A stretch of DNA of 63,978 nucleotides, filler included, from Conidiobolus incongruus B7586 (lineage: Eukaryota): NCBI GenBank assembly GCA_000697335.1. It is 14 parts of 14 records of this genome, joined end to end, with 100 filler letters (N's around TTAATTAATTAA, not from the genome) between each part and the next. Parts side by side here need not be neighbours in the genome. Positions count along the whole stretch, not along the records: positions 40,020 to 42,800 come from JNEM01006736.1; positions 42,901 to 44,974 come from JNEM01006737.1; positions 45,075 to 51,977 come from JNEM01006738.1; positions 52,078 to 57,465 come from JNEM01006739.1; 10 more parts are not named here. One strand, 5' to 3'. Within the stretch, counting starts at the first letter, position 1. Every line of letters begins with the position of its first letter. Shown piece by piece: positions 40,277 through 53,957 of the stretch. Made by a program: the position numbers and the translations under genes. The notes beneath the pieces were generated by a model. It was not told where the DNA came from. It worked only from the letters and a program-made list of their open reading frames with translations, and did not search any database.

Positions 40277-41857
40277 CACTAACCTGCAAAAGTGAGTCAT
40301 AAAATCAAAAATATATATATATATATTAATTAATAACTAAAACAATTGTATATATTAGATTACTTGAAATTATAATATATAATTAAGATATATTATTTAA
40401 TAATAAATAAATATATTTAGATATATATAATAAACTATTAGAAAAAATATTAACCCTTAATATTTAACCAAGGTAAGTTATAAATTTGTGGGTTTTTGAG
40501 ATAAGGGGATATATTTAATAATATATAACTATATCTTTTTTCTCTCTTTGTTATTATTTTATATTATATTTTACAGATATACTAAATTCTTTTTATTAGT
40601 ATTATTATACTTAAATCCCTCTTTAAAAAAATCTACTTGTATATTAATCAACTTTATAAAGAAGGTAAATCAACTTGTGATATTGTTAGAATTACTAGTG
40701 TTAGTTAGTTTACTATAGTTAAAGCTGTTAAAAATAATAATAAAGAAACATTTAAACTTAAACTTAAGTATACTAGGATTATAAATAAATATGATGAGAA
40801 GTATATCTGTAGGTTAGTTAATATAAGCAAATATAGTATTACTGTAGAAATATAACAAGAATTGTGAAACTATACAGGAATATTAGTTAGCATTGATATT
40901 ATTATATGTGTTTTATATTAATATAGATACCATTTACACTTTAAGAAAAAATACCCCTAACTAAAAAAATCCCACTATAAAGCTAGGTAAGAGTTTAAAT
41001 GTCACCACTAATATTAAACTAAAACTAATTAGAGTAAGGTTATTTAATCTGATGAAACAAAAATATACCTTAGTAGATTTAATTAAAAAGTTAAATGCTT
41101 CAGAAAAGATACAAAACTACTTTATAACTATTATGTTAATTTTACCCAAAAGTACAATAGTAGGTTAATTATTGTTTAAGGATATATGTTGTTTTTAGGT
41201 GTAAGATATCTTTATAAAGTTAATAGGGGAATTAATACTGAAATATACTATACTAAAGTATTTTAAACAATGAATTGAAAAAAACCATTTAATAATATAG
41301 GTTAAATAAATCTGATATTATTTTCCAATAAGATAATACCTCTTGTTATACTATAGCTTCTACTACCAAATAGCTTAAAAATAACAAGATAACAATTATA
41401 AAGTAACTTTTTCAATCTCCTAATTTTAATCTAATTAAACACCTTTAAAGTTTATTAAAAAAAGTTATTAAAGCTTTCCCCCTAGCTAAAAATTTAGATT
41501 AAATTTGGGAATATGTTTAAGAAGCATAGAACAAAATTAACCCTTCTTAGTATAAGAAGTTAGTTGATTCTATACCCCACAAACTTAAAGAAGTTAGAAA
41601 AGCTAAAGGTAGATACACTAAGTTTTAATATTTTTTATCATCAAAAACCTATAAATTTATAACTCACCCTAGGTAAAATTTAAAGATTTATATTTTATTC
41701 AATTAATAGCTAAATATCATCATTTAATAATATATATAATTAATAAATATAATTGATTTTAATTATTTAATTTAGATTTATTTTATTAAATATTAATTAA
41801 GTTATTAGTAAAATTATAAGTGTTTTTGATTTTATGACTCACTTTTGTAGGTCAGTG
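40277..41857 (+). mobile_element. Full-length degenerate Tc1 copy 6 (transposase pseudogene 40607-41628, ~338 aa ancestral)
   Basis: TA|CACTAACCTGCAAAAGTGAGTCATAAAATC ... GATTTTATGACTCACTTTTGTAGGTCAGTG|TA. SDETK and Q[Q]DN motifs, with 34 codons between the second D and the E position. Confidence 0.93.
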
Positions 41858-41949
41858 TATATCTTATATTATCCTTTTATATTCTATGCTATATTAATTT
41901 TATATTAAGCCTTCTTATATACTATATTGGTTTAACTACCATTATACTT

Positions 41950-42800
41950 ATAAGTTAATATTAATATTATTATATAAATTTTATAATAAAATAAATATTA
42001 TTTATAAATTAAGAAAAAATAACCTTAATTAAAAAATTCCTATTATAAAGCTAAAATAAAGTTTGAATATTTCTATTAAAGTTAAATTAAAACTAATTAA
42101 AATAAAGATATTTAATTAAATAAAATAAAAATATATTTTAATCAATTTGATAAAAGAGTTAAATTTTTCAAAGAAAGGAAAGAGTTATTTTATAATTATT
42201 ATTTTATTTTAGCATAAAAATAAAATAATAGGTTAATTATAATTTAAAGATATATATTATCTTTAATTATAAGATATATTTATAAAGTTAATAAGGGAAT
42301 CAATATTAAATTATATTCAAATATTCTAAAAAATAAATTAAAAAAAATATTAAATAATATAAATTAAATATATTAAATATTATTTTTGAATAAAATAATG
42401 ATTTATATTACATTATAACTTTTACTATTAAATAGTTAAAAAATAACAAAATAATTCTTATAATATAACCTCCTTATCTTTTAATTTTGATTTAATTAAA
42501 TATTTTTCTAATTAATCAAAATAGTTAACTAAAATTTTCCCTTTAATAAAAATTTTAAATTAGCTATAAAAATATATTTAAGAGACTTAAAATATTATTA
42601 ATCATAATTAATATAAAAAGCTAGTTAATTTTATGTTTTAAAAACTTAAAGAAATTAAAGCCAATAGATAAACATATTATAAATTAATTTTTCTATTATA
42701 ATTAAAATTATTAAATTTTTTTCTTATTAAAATTAAACTTATAATTATTATATATTAACAAATAATCAATTAATATTCTCTTTACATATTTAATATTTTA
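41950..42800 (+). mobile_element. Heavily mutated Tc1 3' fragment
   Basis: Colinear with ~40885-41700 but almost devoid of C and G. Boundaries approximate. Confidence 0.7.
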
Positions 42801-42900
42801 NNNNNNNNNNNNNNNNNNNNNNNNNNNNNNNNNNNNNNNNNNNNTTAATTAATTAANNNNNNNNNNNNNNNNNNNNNNNNNNNNNNNNNNNNNNNNNNNN

Positions 42901-44974
42901 ATAAATGACAAAACTTATATATTTTTTTATTATATTATATATATTATAAAACTATAAAATTAATAATTTAAAATAAATATTATAGTATTTAAATTTTTTT
43001 AATAAGTTGATTTTTATATTAATTAACTTTATAATAAAATCAATCAACATATAAAACTATTAAAATTATTAATATTAGCTAATCTATTATAATTAAAGTT
43101 ATTAAGAATAATATCAAAAACATTTAAACTTAAACTTATATATATTAAAATTATAGAAAAATATAATAAAAAGTATATTTTCAGATCAATTAATATAAAC
43201 AAGTATAATATTATTTTAATAATATAATTAGAATTATACACTAACTTGTAAAAATGAGTTATAAAATCAAAAACACTTATATTTTTACTAATAACTTGAT
43301 TGATATTTAATAAAATAAACCTAAATTAAATAATTAAAATCTATTATATTTATTAATTATATATATCATTAAATGATGATATTTAGCTATTAATTGACTA
43401 AAATATAAACCTTTAAATTTTACCTAAGGTGAGTTATAAATTTGCAGGTTTTTGCTGATAAAAAAAATTAAAACTTAGTGTATCCACCTTTAGCTTTTCT
43501 AATTTCTTTAAGTTTGTGGGGTATAGAATCAACTAACTTCTTACACTAAGAAAGGTTAATCTTGTTTTTTACTTTTTAAACATATTCCTAAAGTTGATCT
43601 AAATTTTTTACTGGGGGGAAAGCTTTAATAACTTTTTTTAACTAATCCTAAAGGTGTTTAATTAAATTAAAGTTAAGAAATTAAAGAAGCTACTTTATAA
43701 CTGTTATCTTGTTATTTTTAAGCTATTTGGTAATAAAAGCTGTAGTATAGCAAAAAGTATTATCTTGTTAAAAAATAACATTAGATTTGTTTAACCCATA
43801 TTATTCAATGGTTTTTTTTAATTTATTATTCAGAATACTTTAGTATATCTCAACATTAATTCCCCTATTAACTTTATAAAGATACCCTACACCTAAAAAC
43901 AACATATATCCCCAAACAATAATTAACCTATCATTATACTTTTAGATAAAATTAACATAATGGTTATAAAGTAATTCTACATCTTTTCTGAAGTATCTAG
44001 CTTTTCTATCAAATCTACTAAAGTATATTTTTGTTTTATCAAACTAAATAACCTTACTCTAATCAGTTTTAGTTTAACATCAATAGTAACATTTAAACTC
44101 TTACCTAACTTTACAATGGGATTTCTTTAGTTAGGGGTGTTTTTTCTTGAAGTGTAAGTAGTATCTATGCTAATATAAAGCACATATAATAATATTAGTG
44201 CTAACTAATATTCCTATATAGTTTCACAGTTCCTGCTGTATTTTTACAGTAGTACTACACTTACCTATACTAACCAACCTATAGATATATTTCTTATCAT
44301 GTTCATCTATAATTTTAACACACTTAAGTTTAAGTTTAAATGTTTCTTTATTGTTATTCTTAATAGCTTTAGCTATAATAAACTAGCTAACACTAGTAAT
44401 TCTAGCAATATCATGAGTTGATTTACCTTCTTTATAAAGTTGATTAATATACAAGTAGATTTTTTTAGAGAGGGATTTAGGTATAATAATACTAATAAAA
44501 AAATTTAGTATATATGTAAAATATTATATAAAATAATAGCAAAGAGAGAAAAAAAATATGGTTATATATTGTTAAATATATCCCTTTATCTCAAAAACCT
44601 GCAAATTTATAACTCACCTTAGTTAAATATTAAGGGTTAATATTTTTGCTAATAGTTTACTAAATATATCTAAATATATTTATTTATTATTAAATAATAT
44701 CCCTTAATTATATATTATAGTTTCAAGTAATCTAATATATACAATTGTTTTAGTTATTAATTAATATATATATATTTTTGATTTTATGACTTACTTTTGT
44801 GGGTTAGTGTAAAACTATATAAAAATATTAATTAATATTAATATTATTAAATATACTTTATATTAAAATATATATCACTTATATCTTAAGTAAAAAACCT
44901 TTAATTAAAAAAGTTTTATTATAAAATTAAATAAGAGTTTAGATAATATCACTAAAGTTAAATTAAAATTAACA
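42901..44974 (+). mobile_element. Heavily mutated Tc1 5' portion (42901-43238 and 44812-44974) interrupted by copy 7
   Basis: Colinear with ~40530-41030 on both sides of the insertion. Confidence 0.75.
43239..44809 (-). mobile_element. Full-length degenerate Tc1 copy 7, nested, TA target-site duplication
   Basis: TA|CACTAACTTGTAAAAATGAGTTATAAAATC ... GATTTTATGACTTACTTTTGTGGGTTAGTG|TA, 1571 bp. Confidence 0.93.
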
Positions 44975-45445
44975 NNNNNNNNNNNNNNNNNNNNNNNNNN
45001 NNNNNNNNNNNNNNNNNNTTAATTAATTAANNNNNNNNNNNNNNNNNNNNNNNNNNNNNNNNNNNNNNNNNNNNATATAAAAATAATATTTTTATAAATT
45101 TGATATATTTAATAATATTAGTTTTAATAATTTATGGTTTGAACTATTATATAATAATTATTTTTAATTATAAAATAAATGATTTTCTATTTTAAATTAA
45201 ATTAATATATTCATATTTTAGTTTATTTATTATTTTATAAAGTTTATATTTGAGTTAATAACTTAAATTTATATATAATAGTATGAATAAAAATATAGTA
45301 AAAATAATTTATAATATTGGCTGGAATGGGTTAAATTGATCAGAAACTATTAAAATAAAAAATAATTAATTAAATTTTAAAAGATAATTTTAAAAAACAA
45401 TATGTGTATATTAAATAAGTATATCAAATGAATATTAGTAATTAA

Positions 45446-45880
45446 TGTTGGGGGTTAACACTGACAACAATGGGTTTTACAAGCTTAAACAGGGAATCAC
45501 CAGTGGTAAACAATAAATTACCATGGAATTAAGGGAAATTATTGGGGTTCACCAAAGTAGGTGAAAATGACTTGCTACGAATCGGGTTCTTTGAATAAAG
45601 TAAATATCTCACGCTCATCACGACTCAGCACTTTTGTGAGGGTTACGAGAAAAACTTAGAGACTGTATACTTTTGAAAATGAAGATAGAAGATCTGTTTA
45701 TTAGTTTGCTTATGATAATCTTATATTAGGTTCCATTGTTGATTTTTGTGGACATGAATGACTTACAGGCAGAAAGTAATAGGATCAACTAGTTCATGGG
45801 ATGTGATATCTCCAATGTGACTTCTTGAATCCTGTGGTAATCAGAGTTTCTTGAGTAATTGACAGGATTATTCTCCATCA
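45446..45880. mobile_element. Solo LTR (435 bp) with 4-bp TTAA target-site duplication
   Basis: TTAA|TGTTGG...CCATCA|TTAA, with TG..CA termini. Homologous to the units at 15213 and 15726. Confidence 0.78.
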
Positions 45881-48800
45881 TTAAGATAAAGCTATATTAT
45901 AATTTAATTAATTTCAACTACTAAGTTAATAATTTATAAAAGTGAATCAATAGATATTAGATTGTATTTAATATATTAATAATATTGAAAAGGTTAATAT
46001 TTAATTAATTCATAATAGCCAAGCTTAAGATAATAAATCATTTGAAATTGATCATAATCCGAATTATTTTATTTAAACGAATATTATATAAATTCAAATA
46101 ATAATGATATATTTGTAATTGAAAATGTTTCGAATGATTAATATAAGTGATTTTATCATGATATTTTCTCATTCTGAAAATGACCAAATTACTATATATA
46201 CAGTAATCGTTTTCAGTTTTTAAATTCTAATATAAATGATATAATTATACAACCTTTAATATCATTAAATATATAATTTAAATTTTTGATTTTATTTATA
46301 ATATATATTTATTTGTTAGTAATTAGAATTGTTTATCTAAGTTTGAATTTTACAAAAAATAAATAAATAAAAACTCTTAATTACTCTTATTATATATTAA
46401 TTCATTGATTTTTGAACATGAACATATATTTTTTAAAAAGTATTGAAATATTAAAAGTAACATTAATAATACGGTATTTCACTTACATTTCTAATTTATA
46501 ATATTGATAACTAATTCAATCACTTAAATAATTTTGGATTAACTTTATTTTTATATGGAATTATTACATATATTGTTTTATAATTTATATCTTTCTTTAG
46601 GTTAGGTTCATTTATCCGTCATTGTATAAATATTGTTATTATAGTTTAATAAAAATATCAAATAATTCAGTGAAAGAGGTTGTCAACATTAAAAAAAGTA
46701 TATGAACATAATAACTCTTTATATATGATCTATATATTCACTAATAACAATATAATATTATTTCAAAGTTATACTATGTAATTTTGTAAACATGAGAAAA
46801 TGTGAAATATATATAAACTTTAATAACGAGTAGTGAGAATAATATTCCCCAATGACACAATCATGTCAAAATATCGTTGGTAAATTATATAATATTTAAA
46901 ACAAATTTGGATAGGTAAAATTATAGATTATTGACTATGTTAAATTTATTATAATATTAATATATTATTATATTATTATATTTAACAAGAGTTTGATTTA
47001 TCAAGTTCAATTTAAGATCGGAATCCATCAATCAAAATGGATATTAATTGATAAGAATATTAACTGAGAGAATTTGGCGTATTTAGTATTATTTATTTTC
47101 AAAATATTTTACATATGATTATTTTTTAATAAAAAATTAAAAGCTTGTAATATAAATCCATAAATATCAAGATATTCAAAATACAGTTAAAAGGAATCAT
47201 TAATGTCAATTTCTGCTTGAATATAATATTAGGCAAAATATTTGGCATTATTTAAATATGTTAAAATTTTATAATAAAAATCAAATTATTTAAATATTGG
47301 CAAGAATTACGCTTATTTATTTTTACAAAGCCACCAAACAGAATGGCATTTTTCTTTACTATTAAAATATTTGTTGTGGATAATTAATTAATTTACTATT
47401 AAATCAATATATTATTTATTTCAATATTTTCGTCAATAACTGAAATTCTTTTTATATTGATTACTAGAAAGAAATTCTTTATTCGTTTTCTCAGTGTACA
47501 ATTTTCATGAAAATTACTTCTCGGATGAAACAGATGATTTAGTAAATATACTATATACATTATATCATAATGCGAAGATATAATATATTTTGAAATAAAT
47601 AATTGATAAATTTATTGAAGTTTAATAAAATTATATTAAATGATTTACTTTGTTATATGCTAAATTTGAAAAATTTTATTTTGCTTAAAATAAAAAATTA
47701 GCCTGGACACAAAAATTAGTTCAATATTTTCAAAAGTACTGAGGCTGTTATTATGCAAATAATAATTTATTAATAGCCGAGCCAACTTGTTTAAACAAAG
47801 GAACAATCATTTTGAACTAAAATGAGATTATGATAGCATAGCTATATCAAATTAATTATATTATTTGATATCAAAAGATAATTTTTGAACAATAATTAAT
47901 GAAACATCTAATAAATATGATTGTTGTATATAGATTAATAAGGTCTAAATTTGAGTGAAATTCAAAGATTTTGAAATTTGATGAAATATTTTAGAATATT
48001 AAATATTAATATACAACAAAAAAATGGTGTAAAAAATTATAAATTATTTGGAATTATAATTATAAATAAAAAGCTAAGAGCAAAGATCCAATGTAATTTT
48101 TTAATTTGACTATTATTGATACAGTTTTGAGATATTATATATATTGTACTTAGGAACAACTTGATTCAATATACACAAAGATCGATCAAATTAATTTAAA
48201 TATAAATTTTTTGAGAAATATTTATTTTATTAGAAATTTCTGGATGACAATTTATTTAATATGAATTTTAGAAAAAGATTATAAGCCCATTCGATGGAAA
48301 TATTCAAACTTGAAAAAATTCAATAATATGCTATAAATTTATAAAATAATGACTTCCACTTTAGTTTTGCTTGTTGTTACGGACAATATAAAGATTATTC
48401 TAATAATTCAATATATATTACAGATTGTAAGGTTCGAATGAAATATTTATTATATTTCAATATAAAAGATTAAATAATGAGTACATAGTGGATAAAAGCG
48501 AGTAAAGATAGAGCCAAAGTTTACCATATCAAAACTTGATTTTACCAAATTATATTATTCATTATTTCAAATATTAAATCATTTATATCTAATAGTTCAA
48601 TTTATTTTAATATATATTTTCCCTATGTTCTCACCTCCATTACCTTTGGCGGATTCTTATATTAATGGATTTTCTGACATTAATAAACGAAAATAAGCAC
48701 CTCATCTATTAAATCCAAATACATCCAGCTTGTATAATTGAATCACTTCCTTAGTTTATAATCAGAGCATTCCTGGATAGCAGATTTTATTTCTCAAAGG

Positions 48801-49079
48801 TGGTATGCACTTTGCTAAATACCATGTAAAATTATATATCCAATATGGTTCTCACAATTACTCACATCTTTTTGTTTTTCGAATGGAGTCATTTTGTGTA
48901 ACAAGTTAATAATTACTTTAACTAAATTGAAGAATAAATGTTAATACATAAATCCTTGTGCAATTGTAATGGATCAAATTTAAAAAAATTTAACCCTCAA
49001 AAATTAATGAGGATTTAGAAAATTATATATTAGCCTGCAATATCACAATATCCACGATAATTAATTTTAATTTTTAATA

Positions 49080-50522
49080 ATGTTGCTTCAAACTCTTTTG
49101 CAGTTGGCATTTGTCTCTTCTGTTCGCCTTCATTCTATCCCTGCTGGCGAGCAAGTTGAAGATGTTGCCAAAGCTGCTACTTCATCCCCAGTTCAAACCT
49201 TATGGTTTGATCAAAAGATCAGCCACACTACCAAATATCGTGGCACCTATAAGCAAAGATATTATGTGAATACTGAATTTTACAAACCTGGTGGTCCTGC
49301 TTTCCTCTATCTTGGAGGTGAATCTCCTCTCGCTTCTTCCAGTGTTAGTAAAGGCATTGTATATGACATGGCTAAACAAAATGGTGGTATTATTTATGGT
49401 TTAGAACACAGATATTATGGTCAAAGTCAACCTTTCGGAGATCACTCCGCCCAAAGCTTGAAACACTTAAGTACTTTCAATGGATTAGAAGATGCTCATA
49501 ATTTCATGAAAAAAGTAATTAATCCTGTAACTAACAGGACTAATATTGGCGCCCGCTGGGTTACCGTTGGAGGAAGTTATCCTGGAAATTTATCAGCCTG
49601 GTTACGTCAAAAATACCAAAGACAAGTATATGCTGCTTTAGCCTCTTCAGCTCCCGTTCTTGCTAAGGAAGATTTCTTTGAATATGATCAAGTTGTTCAA
49701 TCTGCTTTAGGCGAACAGTGTTTCACTAAAATTGAACAAATCAAAAACTACTTTGATAATCAATTCGAAAATAAGACCCTCTTACATGAACTCAAGGAGC
49801 AATTCGGATGTGGTGAAATTGAAGATGATATTCATTTCCTTTATGTCATAGCTGATATGTTGGCCACTTTAGTCCAATATAATGACAACTCCACTCAGCC
49901 TAATATTAATTCTATGTGCAGCCAATATGAATCTCTCTCGGACGTTGAAGACTTGGTCAAGGCTCATATTGAAAATATGAAGGCTTTCCTGAAGAATTGG
50001 GGTCAAACCTGTCTTGATTTTAGTGGTATTCCTGCTTTCTCCAGTCCCTCTGTCGATACTAATGGTATGCTTCGTCAATGGACCTACCAATGTTGTACTG
50101 AATACGGATACTGGCAAACTGCTCCCAAGGGCAACTCCACCCGCTCCAAATACTTGACTGTCGATTGGTTCAATAACTACTTTTGCTCTGAAAAGTTCTA
50201 CGGCAAGAAAATTGGACCTCCTAACACCAAGGCTATCAATGGTGCCTTCCGTGGTCTTGACAACTATATCAGCAGAGTCATCTGGACCAATGGTAATGCT
50301 GATCCTTGGATTGCCCTTTCTATCTCTAACACCAAGCAATCCACTCCCGAAAGACCAATTTATGTCATTGAGCAAGGAAGTCATGCCAACGATTTAGGAG
50401 CTGACCGTCCTGGAGATTCTGCCAGTTTGACAGAAGTCAGAAAAAAGATTCGTAGTGATGTCAAACGCTGGTTAAGAATTCCTTATTACTCTACCTCCGA
50501 TATTGTTGATATTTCCGATTAG
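49080..50522 (+). CDS. Secreted serine peptidase, family S28 (prolylcarboxypeptidase/DPP-II-like), 480 aa
   Basis: Short signal-like N-terminus. FDQKISH, YLGGE, LEHRYYGQSQP, nucleophile GGSYPG, ALASSAPV, WTYQCCTEYG, NGNADPW and GSHANDL (Ser-Asp-His triad). Confidence 0.93.
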   Translation: MLLQTLLQLAFVSSVRLHSIPAGEQVEDVAKAATSSPVQTLWFDQKISHTTKYRGTYKQRYYVNTEFYKPGGPAFLYLGGESPLASSSVSKGIVYDMAKQNGGIIYGLEHRYYGQSQPFGDHSAQSLKHLSTFNGLEDAHNFMKKVINPVTNRTNIGARWVTVGGSYPGNLSAWLRQKYQRQVYAALASSAPVLAKEDFFEYDQVVQSALGEQCFTKIEQIKNYFDNQFENKTLLHELKEQFGCGEIEDDIHFLYVIADMLATLVQYNDNSTQPNINSMCSQYESLSDVEDLVKAHIENMKAFLKNWGQTCLDFSGIPAFSSPSVDTNGMLRQWTYQCCTEYGYWQTAPKGNSTRSKYLTVDWFNNYFCSEKFYGKKIGPPNTKAINGAFRGLDNYISRVIWTNGNADPWIALSISNTKQSTPERPIYVIEQGSHANDLGADRPGDSASLTEVRKKIRSDVKRWLRIPYYSTSDIVDISD

Positions 50523-50772
50523 ATCAATCCAAAAATAATTAATATTTATAAAAATAAATCATATTATAGCATAATTAAGAGTATTAACTTTTAACTTAAT
50601 TTAGAAAACAATAATAAATTTCAATATATCGGGCATTAGAAATTAATTTTGCCCTTTAACCTGTATTTCTTCAATTAATCATTACTCTGAATTTTTACGC
50701 CCATTAAATATATAATAAATTTTAATTTAAATTTTATTTTTACTAAATATTAAAAATGTTAATGGAAATATT

Positions 50773-50778
50773 ATAATA

Positions 50779-50816
<38 letters not shown>
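50773..50816. repeat. (TAA)n microsatellite
   Basis: Direct reading; one interruption. Confidence 0.85.
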
Positions 50817-53800
50817 TACAATTCTTAATCTTTTATTCATATTAATAATATAACTCAACAGATTATTTTTTTAATTTAATTTATCTTAAATCTACTTTTA
50901 TTAAAGTTTATTGAATATTTCAAAATTATTTTTTACAATAATATCATAAATTAAATAATAAATTATTATTTTATATTAGTAAAAAATCAAAATTATTTAA
51001 ATTATACCAATTATTAATATCATGATAAATTAAATATCTTTTAGATTAACAAAATATTAAAATTATATTAATTTTAATTTAATAATAAAAAAGATTTATA
51101 ACTATTAATATTAAAAACTATTAAATAATAAATATATTTTCAAGTTACCAGTTTTTATTATATTTCAAAATTTTCACAACCAATATTATCTTTATTAATT
51201 AAAATATTAAATTAATATTATTTATTTAAATGGACTTTAATTAATTTAATATAATATATTATTATAAATAAAATATTATAAAATTTTGTATAATATATAG
51301 GTTTAAAATAATATTTATTTCATATATCAAATTAAATATTAAAGAATTAGTCGTATTGATAACTTTAAAGATTTTATTTAATACCAAGGTAAGATTGGTT
51401 AATGCTTTTAAAGGGTTCTTAAGCGTAAAAAATTTACCAAGATGTTAGTATATATTGTGTAATAAGCCTAATATAAAAAAATTTACTATTTTTATTACTT
51501 ATGCTATTTTTATTTATCTTAAATCAAAATATAAAATAAAAATCAATTAACTATCAAAGTATCTCTTAAATATAATAAATACATTAAGATAATTTTAAAG
51601 AAATCAATGATTAAAATTATATTATTTAATTATAATTATATACATGAATATTAACCATAGCTTGGTGCTTATTATTTTTTTTAATTAGGATGAATTTATT
51701 ATTAAATAAAATGCAATTATTTATAAATTACCCAAAATTTTGAATATCTATTTTAAATAATATTATTGATAATTAAAGTATATATATAAAACCAAATTCA
51801 TGTTATTTTAACTAATTAAAATTATTTATAATTAATTTTTATGATATATTAGGGTTATATATATTAACTTGAAAAAATAAGTTATATAATTAGAATTATT
51901 TATACTTTTATTAATAGCTTAATCAAAAATTAATTATATTAATCTAAACTAGATTATATAATTAAAAAATAAATATTNNNNNNNNNNNNNNNNNNNNNNN
52001 NNNNNNNNNNNNNNNNNNNNNTTAATTAATTAANNNNNNNNNNNNNNNNNNNNNNNNNNNNNNNNNNNNNNNNNNNNATTTTTATCAAACAAGTTAAATT
52101 ATATTAAATCTAATTAAAAAATTTATTTATTTTATCAAACTTTTGTTTTATAATCAAAATATTTATAGTGTATAATTATTATTTATTAAATAATAAGATA
52201 TTAAATTTTAAATTTTGAAAAAAAAAAATTAATTTTTAAATATTATAAGATTAATCAAAATAAGATAATATGTTATTAATAATCATAATAATTATTAATT
52301 TTATATTTTATATTATTTTTATAAAATATATATTAAAGAGTTTATTTATTTTTAATCTTAAATAAGTCATATTATTTAAATTTAGAATATAATTATATCC
52401 ATAAAAAATAAAATATATTCCAATTTGACATTTTTAAATATATTGGGGTTATTTAATGGTATTCAATATATCATTTTAATTTTTTTCAAAATCTTTTCTA
52501 TTGATTCAAATTGAATTGAAAAATTAATCAAATCATGAAATTAAGGTGAATTGGATAGGGTTGATTTAAATAATGGTTAGGAAGTTTTTAGAATACTATA
52601 AATATAAAAATTTTTTGGACAAAAAATGAATTGAATATTTTAAGTTTCAGAACTAATTCAATATTTTCTTTAACAATACACTCTTATATTAGATTATGTA
52701 TTTATGAACTGAAAGAATTCAACCTATTAAACTATCCCAATATTGAAATATTTTTAAGGATGAACATCATAAACTATTATTATGATGAATCATATCATTC
52801 ATTAATATTCCAATCCAAATGAGTCATTCATTCACTTGACTTTTTAATATAATCGGTAAATTGTAAATGGTATACAAAAAAGATAATTATGAATTTTGTT
52901 CGAAATACTTTGGATGGTAAAATTAATGTATTAGAAGGTATTTTATCATTATATGTTTAAAATTAATGATTAACAAGTTATTTATTTGAACGAAATTTTC
53001 AACTCGAGTCTCGACCTAAAATTCGGAATAAAATTTCTATTTTAGAACCACCCAAAACAATGATTGGCACCATAAAATTGGGGGAATGAATTCAACAGTT
53101 TTTATAGTTTATCATAATTGAACTTAAGTTTATAGTGCTGTAATTTTTATTATTTCTAAATTAGTATAAATATAATAATAAGAATTGATTATAATGAGAT
53201 GAATTCATTTTGAACCATCAGCAAACATTATTTCTTTTTAATAACCTTTCACTTTCCAAATAATAGATACAAATCTAAAAATAAACCCAATTCAGAGTCG
53301 TTGGTGAATTTAAGATGATATCACCCTTTACCACATACCCCATCCTTATATCTCCATGAGCACCCTTAAATCTTAATTTTAGCCTGAATAAATGCTAATC
53401 ATAACAAAATCCAAAGATTATTATTATTCCAAAATGACGATATTTAAATAAATAAGAAAACGCCTCAATGCAAACTTCAGACCTCATACCAAATTTGATC
53501 AGGTCAAACTTTCAATGTCTAAAAAATTCGTCAAATTGGGATTAAGTTGGATTGATGAAGGGTTTGAAACCCTATGAAACTTGGAATACAAGGAATCTAC
53601 CAATAATTCGAAAGGTTCTCAGCCTTGAAGGGATGGTTATTGGTAGGATGTGAAAAAGGATAAAAATCATAAAATGAGGAGAAAGAGGTATAGGTGAAAA
53701 GGTTTTGTTACAATTTGGAACCTTATAAACCCTTAGCCCCATCAACTAGATTATATTTAAACCAGCTTAACACTCCATTTAATCATAATTTATCACTATT

Positions 53801-53957
53801 TTTTTTAAAAAAAAACTAAGTTTTTTGGTTTAATTTTTTTTATTATTTTGGGTTACTTAATTATTTATTTTTGTTTAATTTAAAAAATCTGTTATTAGTT
53901 AGTTATTGAATAATATTTAATATATATATATAATATAAGTTTAATTTATTTTGAAAA

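Noticed and set aside
41246..41255. 5-bp insertion TACTA as a mariner excision footprint (TA-CYA-TA)
   Set aside because: Indistinguishable from a simple tandem duplication of the local sequence.
40607..41628. Alternative genetic code (TAA/TAG = Gln) explaining in-frame stops
   Set aside because: Stops also replace Trp and Arg, many vary between copies, and intact genes end in TAA, TAG and TGA.
43044..43241. 65-aa minus-strand ORF
   Set aside because: Chance antisense frame in a hypermutated Tc1 relic.
49869..50384. Antisense or overlapping ORFs inside real genes (also 12149, 17320, 23127, 31617, 38389, 54480-55368, 59245-60025)
   Set aside because: Shadow frames of GC-richer coding sequence.
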